Below, one piece after another: positions 18,515-27,552 of a stretch of DNA of 37,049 nucleotides (positions are counted from its first letter, which is position 1; each line of letters opens with the position of its first letter). The position numbers were made by a program, and so were the translations under genes. Source of the DNA: Candidatus Eiseniibacteriota bacterium (GTDB lineage: Bacteria; Orphanbacterota; Orphanbacteria; Orphanbacterales; Orphanbacteraceae); contig JBDROZ010000091.1 of NCBI GenBank assembly GCA_043809585.1, positions 1 to 37,049 of the forward strand, given 5' to 3'. The notes beneath the pieces were generated by a model. The model made no database searches. It was not told the DNA's origin and was given only the letters and a program-made list of their open reading frames with translations.

Positions 18515-21418
18515 CTAGAATTCGAATACCGCGGTGGAATAGGCTTCCTGTTCGATCGCCCATTCGACGGTCTTCACGTCCCGGGCGTAAACTTCCTTCA
18601 GGCTCTTCGCCGTCTTCGGGTTGTCTCTTTTCTCCTCGAGCGCCTTCTTGAGGGCGGTGAAGATCTTCTTTCTTTCCTCGGGCGGCTGCTTTCTCCAGAC
18701 CCGGGTCGTATCATCCGACACGGCGGCCCGGGTCTCCGTCGGCTCGGAAACGAACCAGTCGATCACGTTTTCCCGTCCCCGAAGACCGGTCTCGAGGTTG
18801 TTTTGCCGGTACTTGTAAACGGCGCCCGCGATCCGAATGACCTCGAAGTGTTCGGCCAATAGGAAGACGAGCCGCGCGAAGCTCCGGCGGTCCTCGGAAA
18901 CCTCTTTTTCGGTGATACTCTTGTCGAGGAAGATCTCCCGACCCTTTTCCTGGGCCCAGACGGCGCTGTCCCTCCAAGTCCGGTTCGCGACGAGATCGTC
19001 GGGCACGAAGCCCGCGAGAACGGCGAAGAAGGAGACCTCGTAGGGATTCCCCGGCATGCGGGGATCGTTCGAATCGATCTTGAGCTCGTTCCCCATCCTC
19101 TCTCCGCCGGCGCCCGCGGACATGTATTCCGACAGCGAGGGAGCGTCCTTGCCGGATTTGCCACTGAGGACCTTTTCGTAGAACTCATTCCAGGCGTTCT
19201 CGTTGTAGAGCATGTAGCTGTGAGTTTCCGACCGGGCCGTATCCCGTAGAGAGGCGAAGGGGGCCGCGATGCGCGACGTTTTGGCCAGGAGATCGGTACA
19301 GTAGCTCTCGACGTCTCTTCCGGCCTCCGAGGCTTCTCGATCTATCGCCTGCCACACCGTCATGTCGACGGAGGACTGGAAACTGCCCTGCAGGGAACGA
19401 AGCATCTCGGCGCGGAGAGAGAATCCCCAATTCAGACGAAGCTTCGGGGTGAGATCCCCTCCCGTCTCGATGAAATCGAGGAGCCTCTCGACGACGAACC
19501 GTCCCAAAACCGTCCGAATTCGACCGCGGGCGACCTCCATCTGAGCCGCGAACTCGGGCTCGGAGGCCAGCTTCTTGTAAGCCGTCTCGGCGACCCCCTC
19601 CTGTCCCAGAACTTCGACGACTACTTCCGTCTTGACGTAGATATCGTTGTCCTCGAAGTCGGGGAAGGCCGAGTTCTGCAGACAATCACGAAGAGCCTGA
19701 ATGGCGAGCAGGAACGTATTCTGGAGGCGGGCATCGAGGTTCTCGACGTGTGCGATGTCCGCCGTCAGAGTCGCTTCTCTCCAGTGCGCGCCCAGGAGGG
19801 TACCGACGGACTTCTCGAGGTCTTCCTTCGAGGAGGCGCGCCGCACGCGATGAAGGAAGGACTCGTAGGTCTTCCTAAAGCCCTCGAGATCCTGGGCCAT
19901 CCGGCGCTCCGCGCTTTTCGATCGCTCCTGCTCTTTGTTCCTCTTCTTCGTGAGGTCTTGAGCCGCCGCCTGCAAATGCCCGGAGAGGGAGCGAAGCATG
20001 GCGTCGAGGGCGCCCCACGGAAGGGGCCGGTCGCCCGAAATCCGGGAGAGAAGACCCTCGCGAAGTTCTTTCCAGTCCGATTCGAGCTCCGGGTCCGTGT
20101 TGGCACTGATGTGTTCGTTGACCTGAGACTTGAAACGCTCCCACTCGGTGAGGACCTGCTCGCTGACCTGATGATAATTATCCGAATCGGCTCCCTCGAT
20201 CGCCGATCCGAGCTTGGAGGCCAGCTTGGCGGGAAGCTCGAGCGTCCTTACCGCTCCGAAACGGCGGATCGGCTTGCGGTAGTCCTGCGACAAGAGGGTC
20301 TCACGGAGGGAGTTCCAGACCTCGGACCCGACACCGTGACCCAGCTCGACGACATCCTTGTTCGTGAGTCCGTCCGAATCCCGGAGGTAGTCTTCGATGA
20401 CCAATCTCGCCAGCCGGTCTTGGTGCCTGAGAATCGGATATCGGAGAATCGATTTGCCTCCCGCCCCGAGGGGGTCCACGTTCGGCTTCTCCGCGAGTCC
20501 CATCGCGATGTTGATGAGGATCGGCTGCTCGCTGCTGAACTCGAGATCGAACAGGAAGTCCGCCGCGAGCTGCTCGTATTCGGTGAAATGATCGAGGAAC
20601 TGGCCGTGGGCGGAGCTGCCGTCCACGAGATAGAGAAGATCGAACGGCTTCGGTGGATCGGCCACGGCCTCCAGGGGCCTCGGATCGTCGAGGAAGAACC
20701 GGTAGCTGTACTTCGTTTCTCCGCACAGCACTTTTCGCGTCCAGAACGAGTTCTCCCAGAGGAAGGCGTACGTGTTCGCCTCGAAATAGCGATGGGCCCC
20801 CTTGGTCTTGCCGACCTGTGTTCCGGGGAGAAGGGCGATTCCGACGATACGGATGTCCCGAATGCCTTCCCTGTCGAAGAGCCAGCGGACGTAATGGGCG
20901 AGCGGGATCATGATCCCGGCGCCGGTTCCGCCGCACAGAGAGGCCGCGAGAAAGACCGTCGGCGTAGAGCCGGCCTCCGCCTGGACCCGTTCGACGGCCA
21001 TCGCGCTCTGGTGTGCGGAGAGGAGCACGTCTCGAATGAGCGAATCGAGGGGGTCGTAGGATCGGCGGTTCAGGTGATAGATGAGCCCGAGCTTCCCCTG
21101 GGGGCGGCGCTGTCCGAGTCCCGCGGTTCCGACATAGGTGGCGCACTTGTGCAGCGGTATGGGCCACCAGCTCGTGTCGAAGTCCTTCTCCTGCAATTCG
21201 CGAACATAGTCCGCGGGAGAGAACTTTCCCGTCCAGCAGTACTGGGAGCGCGACTTCATCTGGTCGTGCCAGATCTCGCCGTCGAATCCGAAAACCTTGT
21301 AGATGTACTGGGCTTCTTCGGAGTCCTTTCCGTAGAAGTCGACGATTTTGTCGTGGAGCTTGTTCGCCACACCGATGCCGGTGCCGCCGACGCCTATGAA
21401 GTACTTGGGTTGAGGCAT
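18515..21418 (-). CDS. FtsZ/tubulin-like GTPase (Tubulin_2 / FtsZl type) with long helical C-terminus
   Basis: FIGVGGTG, GLGQRR.G, tubulin signature SLCGGTGAG, EANTYA, PFDLLYLVD, coiled-coil middle region. RBS AAGGGGAG. Confidence 0.9.
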   Translation of the reverse strand: MPQPKYFIGVGGTGIGVANKLHDKIVDFYGKDSEEAQYIYKVFGFDGEIWHDQMKSRSQYCWTGKFSPADYVRELQEKDFDTSWWPIPLHKCATYVGTAGLGQRRPQGKLGLIYHLNRRSYDPLDSLIRDVLLSAHQSAMAVERVQAEAGSTPTVFLAASLCGGTGAGIMIPLAHYVRWLFDREGIRDIRIVGIALLPGTQVGKTKGAHRYFEANTYAFLWENSFWTRKVLCGETKYSYRFFLDDPRPLEAVADPPKPFDLLYLVDGSSAHGQFLDHFTEYEQLAADFLFDLEFSSEQPILINIAMGLAEKPNVDPLGAGGKSILRYPILRHQDRLARLVIEDYLRDSDGLTNKDVVELGHGVGSEVWNSLRETLLSQDYRKPIRRFGAVRTLELPAKLASKLGSAIEGADSDNYHQVSEQVLTEWERFKSQVNEHISANTDPELESDWKELREGLLSRISGDRPLPWGALDAMLRSLSGHLQAAAQDLTKKRNKEQERSKSAERRMAQDLEGFRKTYESFLHRVRRASSKEDLEKSVGTLLGAHWREATLTADIAHVENLDARLQNTFLLAIQALRDCLQNSAFPDFEDNDIYVKTEVVVEVLGQEGVAETAYKKLASEPEFAAQMEVARGRIRTVLGRFVVERLLDFIETGGDLTPKLRLNWGFSLRAEMLRSLQGSFQSSVDMTVWQAIDREASEAGRDVESYCTDLLAKTSRIAAPFASLRDTARSETHSYMLYNENAWNEFYEKVLSGKSGKDAPSLSEYMSAGAGGERMGNELKIDSNDPRMPGNPYEVSFFAVLAGFVPDDLVANRTWRDSAVWAQEKGREIFLDKSITEKEVSEDRRSFARLVFLLAEHFEVIRIAGAVYKYRQNNLETGLRGRENVIDWFVSEPTETRAAVSDDTTRVWRKQPPEERKKIFTALKKALEEKRDNPKTAKSLKEVYARDVKTVEWAIEQEAYSTAVFEF

Positions 21419-21452
21419 GATACTCCCCTTTCCGGCCGTGCCGTCGAAGCTC

Positions 21453-22874
21453 CTATCCGGAGGAATACTCCGCGCGATACTCTTCGTATTCGATGTCGGC
21501 GTAGCTGCCGAGTCGCACCTTTGGGCCGGTGAGCTCCTCGCCGTCCACCTTCAGGCCTTTTCGTTTCCTGTGCAGGATGACGTCGCCCGACCAGGTCGCG
21601 GTGAGGACGGCGACCACGCCGCCCGTTTCGCCGAAAGGAACGCCTTTCCGCGGTCCCAGCGAGATGCGGTGGCCGCAGAGTCGCGCCCGATTCTTCAGCC
21701 GGTAGTCGATCTCCCCCGTGGATATGGTCTGCTTGCGGAACTTCGGAAGAGCGAGGCAGGCCAAGAGCACGAGAATCAGGAGCAACAGGAGGGCCTGAAG
21801 CCAGCGGGGGAGGTCGAGGATCCACGACTTGACCCGCTGCCAGAGGGGGGGCTTCGATACCTTGATCTTCACCGGTACGTGGACGACCACGCGTTCATCG
21901 CACTCGAGCCCGGAGGTCTTCGGTGTGATGCGGACCTGGAGCTCGATGGTCTCCGATCTTGTCCCGATGGGGAAATCCAGGCTCAGATCTTTCTTCTGGC
22001 CCTGTTTGGTGAACCGCATTTCGGTCGGTGAAAGGGAAACGCCCGAGCCGCCGTCAAGGGCGATGTCTTTCGGCTCTCCGGGGGGAAGAGCGTGCGCCGC
22101 CTTCAGGGTGATTTCAGCTCGCTGTCGGCATTTCTCGGCGGGAATCCTCCCGTCCGGGTTCGCCTTCACCTCGATCTCGTCGAGGTAGTAATTCACATCT
22201 TCGAATCGGAGGATGGATCGCGTGATCTGTTCGGAAGCGGCGGGGGCTTCGACGACCTCGATCTCCTCCGGGATCTCCGAGGCGTCCAGCTCGGATCCGG
22301 GCAGTTGGACCAGATACACTCCCACGCCGTCGTTCCGGACGATACCGCCGGCGAACTCGTCTCGCATGACCGACTTCCAGTCGTTCGGCTCGGCGGCATC
22401 CGGGGGAGGATCGTGCTTTCCGTCCGTGAAGATGTAGACTTCGCTTCCGCCGAGGTCGTCCCCGGCCACCTCCCGGATCCACCGGGCGGCGTGGTAGACC
22501 GCACCGGTCAGGTTGGTATACTGGCCGTTCGGAGGATCCTGGCGGAGTGCCTGGATCGTCTGCCGAATGCGATCTTGCCCCCGAACGTCGAACTCATCCC
22601 TCTTTACCGTCTCGTGATCGAATGTGAAGACCGCGCAACGGATCCCGTCGTCGAGGTGCGCGGCATAGCGATTCTCGAGATCCGTGAGCAACCTCTCGTA
22701 CATATTGCCGCGAAGCATGCTCTTCGACGTGTCAATGACATAGGCGACCCGCTTCGGTTCGTCGTAGACCTTGTGGGTGGCCGGGGACCGCTCGGTTGAA
22801 TCTTCACAACCGGAATGGGCAAACAGGATGGAGAGCAGGGCGAGAAGGGAAGGGAGGTGACGTGGGAGCTTCAA
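21453..22874 (-). CDS. Membrane-anchored von Willebrand factor A domain protein
   Basis: MIDAS DxSxS (VIDTSKSM), YTNL, FTDGK. N-terminal lipoprotein-like signal (..LFAHSGC), C-terminal TM, short FHA-like tail. TTG at 22874 lies 8 nt after GGAGG; the start is uncertain. Confidence 0.85.
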   Translation of the reverse strand: MKLPRHLPSLLALLSILFAHSGCEDSTERSPATHKVYDEPKRVAYVIDTSKSMLRGNMYERLLTDLENRYAAHLDDGIRCAVFTFDHETVKRDEFDVRGQDRIRQTIQALRQDPPNGQYTNLTGAVYHAARWIREVAGDDLGGSEVYIFTDGKHDPPPDAAEPNDWKSVMRDEFAGGIVRNDGVGVYLVQLPGSELDASEIPEEIEVVEAPAASEQITRSILRFEDVNYYLDEIEVKANPDGRIPAEKCRQRAEITLKAAHALPPGEPKDIALDGGSGVSLSPTEMRFTKQGQKKDLSLDFPIGTRSETIELQVRITPKTSGLECDERVVVHVPVKIKVSKPPLWQRVKSWILDLPRWLQALLLLLILVLLACLALPKFRKQTISTGEIDYRLKNRARLCGHRISLGPRKGVPFGETGGVVAVLTATWSGDVILHRKRKGLKVDGEELTGPKVRLGSYADIEYEEYRAEYSSG

Positions 22875-23036
22875 AGTGCACGCCTCCATTGGTATTGAAC
22901 TCCTGGCGCTCCGATATCGCAGCGGCACTTCCGTGGGCCCGCAGAGGATGCGGCCCGGCCCTCCGGCCACGCCAACCAACACATTGAAAATTAATGAGTT
23001 GGGAGAGCGCCGGACCGAAGATACCCTTGTATGGAT

Positions 23037-23066
23037 ATTTTACTACTTATGGTGGGGTATTTTGAA
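23037..23066 (-). promoter_or_regulatory. Putative promoter of the vWA-tubulin operon
   Basis: Minus strand TTCAAA-18 nt-TAAAAT in the AT-rich stretch at about 22985-23095. Confidence 0.35.
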
Positions 23067-23429
23067 TAGAAAAAGCGGGCGGTATCTGGTTTAAGGCCCG
23101 AAAGTTGGGCGGATTGCCCGCGCCAACAGGGCTGGCGACGCCCCGGGCGGAGGCCCGCGAGCTTACTGGGAAGGGCGAAACGTCTCCCCCCCGTGGACGG
23201 CCCACATCCAGAGCAGCACAATGAACGGCGGCAGGTCGGCCTACGGGGCCAGGTACATCGGCACGATATCGATGATTCTCTCTGGTAGTCTTTTGTAGAT
23301 TCCTCTAATGCTCTGTGGGACAGTTCTGGGGGAAAGCCCCCCCCAGCGAGACCCGGCCCCTTGCTCGGAAGTTCGTTCAAGTCCCCCTGTTTTGCGTTGC
23401 TTTCCGACGTTCTCTTCAAAACCCGTGGA

Positions 23430-25112
23430 TCAGCCGATCAGCTTTTTGATCACCCAAGAACCGCGCCAGAGCAGTACGAGAGAAATTATGATTCCGAGAA
23501 GTAACGCGGCGGACCCGAGACGCGCAACGGCACTCCACCAGGTGCTGTGAGTGATAGTCAGGGTGGTGCCGGCAACGCTCAGCAGCGCAACGCCGAGAAC
23601 GCTCAGGTTCAGGTAGGTCAGGCGCCCCAACCGACGGTTCACCGTTGCGAGACTGAACTCGTGAAGAGCACGAATCTGTTGATCCACCTCGGAGAAAAGG
23701 TGTTCATTGTCCATGTTCCTGTTCCATAGCGAAAACATCTCGATGCCCTGTTCTTGAGCCGTTATCTCGCAGGACCAGTACTTGGTATGAAACCGAAGAA
23801 AATCGGATCGAAGGCGCTCAATATCGTCTCCGACAGACCTCTTGTCAAGATCTTCGGGCGAACTAACTCTCTGAGCAATCATGGTGCAACGGTGTGACAG
23901 ATCGAGAAGCCCCGCCCGATAGACGAGGAGGAGACACGCCATCTGAAAATACATAGAATCGAAATGCTTCAGTAATACGGATCTCGTGAAGCCCTCGGGG
24001 TCTGCGGCGCCGATGGGGGGAGTGGATCGGGGGCCGTCCGCGTGGAGGAGAAAGACCCCACTACATCGGGTGAACCCCATATATGTGCTCTCGTCCCGGT
24101 ATCGGAGATAGAGCCAATTGCTTAGAAAGCTGTCCCGGAGCCCCGGATTCGCGACGTAGTCTTTCCCTGCGGGATCGACCGCCAAGAGACGGAGAAGGGC
24201 CGACCGAAATAATTCGGGCTCGTCCGTAAGCTTTCCGAATACGTTCTCCGGGCTGGAAGCGAAGTCGGGAAGCTCGCTGGCACCGCCATCGATGGCTGTA
24301 TCGCCCCTGTCCGCGAGCACAAAGGAATGGACGAATCCACGCTCATCCAGGATGGGCGTGCTCTCCGAAACATCCAACCCGAGATCAACGGCGATTCTGT
24401 CGAGCCAAAACTGGAAATGGTTGCCCACGTATGGAGTTTTCGACGCTGACGAAAAGACCTCGTCGAACGAGTCGCCGAAGTCCTCCATCGCCTGCACCTT
24501 GTCCGGGGACTCGATTGAAATGGCCTCCGCCAGTTCTCGCTGGGCCTTTTGAATTCCCGCCCAGCTTCCTGCCGGCACATTATTGGGTGTCGGGCCATTC
24601 ACGGGGAAGGTGCTCGTATCGATAAACGAGGGGGCGCGGCGGCGGACCAGGTTATTGAGGTCGAGGAGGTCGTCGAAAGAGAAATCACCCGATAAACCGA
24701 CGCCCTCGGCGATCCGGTAATCCCAGTAGACCGAGAAAGACAGGACGGCGACACCGAGATCATAGAACATGACATGGACATCCGCCAGACCGAGGATTTT
24801 CTCAATCGCCTGGTCGACATCATTTCGAGGAGGCAGTTTCACGCGGAACTTCCAACCCCGAATCTTCTCATTCGGGACCTCGTACGCGAGCACGGATCTC
24901 TGTTCTTTAATAGGGCCGAAGAGAAGGTCTCGAGCATGGGGATGGAAGTAAACATACTCAGCGTAGGTTCTCGGGTCGCTTTGGCGAATCTGTTCCGTGG
25001 GCTGGAACATTGCGTCCGCCTTCTTGTGTTCGGGATTCTTCGCGCGAAGGCGTTCAAAGGATCCCGGGGGAAGGCAGAAAGGATAAAAGAAATGGGTCTT
25101 TATGAGCCTCAT
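23430..25112 (-). CDS. corA: CRISPR-associated CorA-like membrane effector
   Basis: Follows cmr6 directly. HFFYPF, YAEYVYFHP, LDERGFV, HFDSMYFQM, EITAQEQGIEMF, and two C-terminal TM helices, the pattern of type III-associated CorA. Confidence 0.82.
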   Translation of the reverse strand: MRLIKTHFFYPFCLPPGSFERLRAKNPEHKKADAMFQPTEQIRQSDPRTYAEYVYFHPHARDLLFGPIKEQRSVLAYEVPNEKIRGWKFRVKLPPRNDVDQAIEKILGLADVHVMFYDLGVAVLSFSVYWDYRIAEGVGLSGDFSFDDLLDLNNLVRRRAPSFIDTSTFPVNGPTPNNVPAGSWAGIQKAQRELAEAISIESPDKVQAMEDFGDSFDEVFSSASKTPYVGNHFQFWLDRIAVDLGLDVSESTPILDERGFVHSFVLADRGDTAIDGGASELPDFASSPENVFGKLTDEPELFRSALLRLLAVDPAGKDYVANPGLRDSFLSNWLYLRYRDESTYMGFTRCSGVFLLHADGPRSTPPIGAADPEGFTRSVLLKHFDSMYFQMACLLLVYRAGLLDLSHRCTMIAQRVSSPEDLDKRSVGDDIERLRSDFLRFHTKYWSCEITAQEQGIEMFSLWNRNMDNEHLFSEVDQQIRALHEFSLATVNRRLGRLTYLNLSVLGVALLSVAGTTLTITHSTWWSAVARLGSAALLLGIIISLVLLWRGSWVIKKLIG

Positions 25113-25151
25113 GTCTATTTCCCCGTCGGCAGTTTCATGCAGAGGGTCGAC

Positions 25152-26264
25152 CTAGTCGGAACCGGCGACGTTTCGCAGGTCCCGGTAACGTTTCTTCTTG
25201 GCGTCGGTTCCCCCTTCCCACTTGGCAATTACTTTTTGTCTCGGACCTGAGAGTAATGCCCGGGCATAGTTCCTCTTTTCGTCGGTATCCGGAAGGGCCA
25301 TGATGAAATCGAACATCTTTCGCAATCGACCTTGGGAATCGGGAACTCGGTTTTCCAGGGATTGCCAATAGGTCTCTATTTCGGGATCCTTTATGGACCC
25401 GAGGCACCTTTCCAGGGCTTTCGCTGCCGGGTCCGAAGATTCCAGCCGACCATAGCCGCTCGTCGTCTTCGCCCCGATCCCTTCCTCCTCGAGTGCGAGG
25501 CATAGAATATCGGTGGCCCTCTTTCTCCAGTCGTCGGCACCCTGGATGGCAACCAAGAAGCATGCCCCGGGAGCGACGGTCAGGTACGAGACGGGGTTGG
25601 GGTCGTCCCAATCGGCGGGAGGAGGCGGGTTGCTGCTCGCGCCATAGTACTCTGGATGATGGACAGTAATCACGTCACGCAGGAGTGACTTCTTGGACCT
25701 GGGATCGGGGATGAGCCATGCGTCGTGGAAGACGATTCCTCCCGCCCCTTCAGCGTGACCGAACAGGGTGTCATACGAAGTGAAACCCCATTCCTTGTCC
25801 AGCCCCATCTTGAGCCGATCATCTTGCTTTGTCGGGTTGCTTCCCCGGTAGTCGGCATGCAGCGATCCGAAACGGCTCAGGCAATATCGTCGGGCGAGTC
25901 CCTTGAGGGCCGTGCCGGGGAGTAGGGGAACTCCGTAGGTTTGGTGGAGGGTGATGGAAGTTTCGAGCACACTATCGGAACCGATTCCGACGATAATCCG
26001 CGAGAGTGCCTCCATCGGAGTCAAGGCGACTTTATTCTCCGCTTGAAGCAGATTGTGCCATCGTTGAAAAGCCCTGGAGTAGAGGGCGCCCGATGGGCAC
26101 TGAATGTCGTTCAGGACTTGGTCAATGGCATCTCTTTTCGCCGCCCCCTTGTCTCCCAACCTCTCGACCCATCGATCGAGCCACAAGCCGGGATGGGTCG
26201 ATGGGGTGGGAGCGATGCCGGCCAACGCCCGGCGTCTCGAGGAGACTTCGCGGGTCGGGCTCAT
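25152..26264 (-). CDS. cmr6: Type III-B RAMP protein Cmr6
   Basis: ETSITLHQTYGVPLLPGTALKGL, FHDAW, DVITVHH..YY, DWDDPNPV, GIGAKTTSGYG. Confidence 0.95.
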   Translation of the reverse strand: MSPTREVSSRRRALAGIAPTPSTHPGLWLDRWVERLGDKGAAKRDAIDQVLNDIQCPSGALYSRAFQRWHNLLQAENKVALTPMEALSRIIVGIGSDSVLETSITLHQTYGVPLLPGTALKGLARRYCLSRFGSLHADYRGSNPTKQDDRLKMGLDKEWGFTSYDTLFGHAEGAGGIVFHDAWLIPDPRSKKSLLRDVITVHHPEYYGASSNPPPPADWDDPNPVSYLTVAPGACFLVAIQGADDWRKRATDILCLALEEEGIGAKTTSGYGRLESSDPAAKALERCLGSIKDPEIETYWQSLENRVPDSQGRLRKMFDFIMALPDTDEKRNYARALLSGPRQKVIAKWEGGTDAKKKRYRDLRNVAGSD

Positions 26265-26641
26265 GCCCCGTCTCCCTCGTCAGTCTTCTTGATTCCGAGA
26301 ATCGCCTCGGAAAACCTCGCGTAGTACACGGCCGCCGCCAGGGCGATCCGAGTGGCTTGCATGTAGGCCGGGTAATCGGCGCCCCTTAAGTAGTCATAGA
26401 CCGACCCCGTCCCTTCCTCGGGGAGCACAAGCTTCCCCAAGTGGTCGAGAAAGGCCGTGTTGGCGTCATTATCACGACTCGCGTAGAAAGCGACGGTTTG
26501 CATCAGTCCGTTGGTCAATACGAGGCCGGGAAAGCGGAGCCACAGCCGACCGTAGTCCTTCTTCCAGGTCCGGTCGCCCACGGAGTTGATGTGGTCGAGC
26601 GCCGTGCCGGCCAGTTTCTGGGATCGCGTTTGGTTCGGCAT
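26261..26641 (-). CDS. cmr5: Type III-B small subunit Cmr5
   Basis: 126 aa, Y...FPGLVLTNGLMQTVAF, YMQATR; lies between cmr4 and cmr6. Confidence 0.92.
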   Translation of the reverse strand: MPNQTRSQKLAGTALDHINSVGDRTWKKDYGRLWLRFPGLVLTNGLMQTVAFYASRDNDANTAFLDHLGKLVLPEEGTGSVYDYLRGADYPAYMQATRIALAAAVYYARFSEAILGIKKTDEGDGA

Positions 26642-26650
26642 CCTCCCCTC

Positions 26651-27535
26651 CTACGACTTCACCAGTCGTGCCCGGCCGTACCCGACAGTTGCCTTGCCAC
26701 CCAATTGAAGAATGCACTCCTTGCAATTGTCGTTGCTCTTGTCGCCGGTGAAGGCAAAGTTGATGATCTCGTTCGGACCGAGATTGATTCCTTCTTTGTA
26801 CGATTGTTCTGCGAGGGCGATTCCCCAGAGAATGCTCTCCGCGGGCAGGGCCTCCTCATACCAGAGAGCACCTTCCTTGACGACTTTCAGGTTCTCTTCA
26901 AGACGAATGCGGGCCCGAACCTCGAGAGCATTTTCGTACAAGAACGAAAAGACATCGTCTCCCAAAATGGCGAATCGTCTTCGAAACTCGGCCTGCCAGG
27001 GCTCATCGTCGGGAAAGACGAGTTTGCCGATTCGCTCCGCCCACTCCTTGGCAACCCCCTGCTCGTCCGGGCGCCGTTCGAGATCCAGGTCCTCCAGTAG
27101 TATCTTCTGGCCGTTCTCCGGCAGGAGGAGGGATTCAGAGTCTACGACATGGGCCTGAAAGCCGTTCAGTTCGATCGGTTTCCAATTCGGCAACTCCATG
27201 TCCCTCGCGAGGCGATGGAGAACGATCGGCGACGTGGTCCAGGCGAAGGTACCGCAGATGGATCGGACGGGGAGACAGAGGAGGCGGGCGTCGGAGAAGG
27301 TGATGGCCCCGGCATGCTCGTCCGATTTGTCCGTGTCGGGGCCGAATACGGCCACGAAGTCATCCGTTGGGGAGGAGTGCTTCGCCCGGAGCACCCCTTT
27401 GATCCCGCTCCCATAGTAGACCGGGAGCCTGGTGACCACCTCCCGGGCGATCGGGAGATCCACCGGACCGACGCCGGAACCGATGCCGGCGTGCAGCGGA
27501 GACAAGGCGTGGATGAAATATGTGCAGACCTTCAT
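26651..27535 (-). CDS. cmr4: Type III-B RAMP protein Cmr4 (Cas7, target RNase)
   Basis: SPLHAGIG, VDLPIARE (catalytic Asp), GSGIKG, DARLLCLPVRS, ALWYEE.LP.E, QLGGKATVGYG. Start ATG 27535. Confidence 0.96.
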   Translation of the reverse strand: MKVCTYFIHALSPLHAGIGSGVGPVDLPIAREVVTRLPVYYGSGIKGVLRAKHSSPTDDFVAVFGPDTDKSDEHAGAITFSDARLLCLPVRSICGTFAWTTSPIVLHRLARDMELPNWKPIELNGFQAHVVDSESLLLPENGQKILLEDLDLERRPDEQGVAKEWAERIGKLVFPDDEPWQAEFRRRFAILGDDVFSFLYENALEVRARIRLEENLKVVKEGALWYEEALPAESILWGIALAEQSYKEGINLGPNEIINFAFTGDKSNDNCKECILQLGGKATVGYGRARLVKS

Positions 27536-27552
27536 GAAAGATCCTCCATTCT

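Noticed and set aside
18515-21418. Calling the tubulin-like gene ftsZ
   Set aside because: At 967 aa, without the FtsZ NxDFAD loop, conserved C-terminal peptide or dcw context, it belongs to the FtsZ-like families.
16511-21532. Long plus-strand ORFs (612 aa, 594 aa) and similar shadows such as 6517-8043, 9402-11003 and 32950-34995
   Set aside because: Antisense shadows of motif-supported genes, expected in high-GC DNA.
22991-23419. 142-aa ORF right after corA, considered as a SAM-AMP-degrading enzyme
   Set aside because: TTG start without RBS, low-complexity composition, no NrN/DEDD/lyase motifs, and it runs through the AT-rich promoter-like region.
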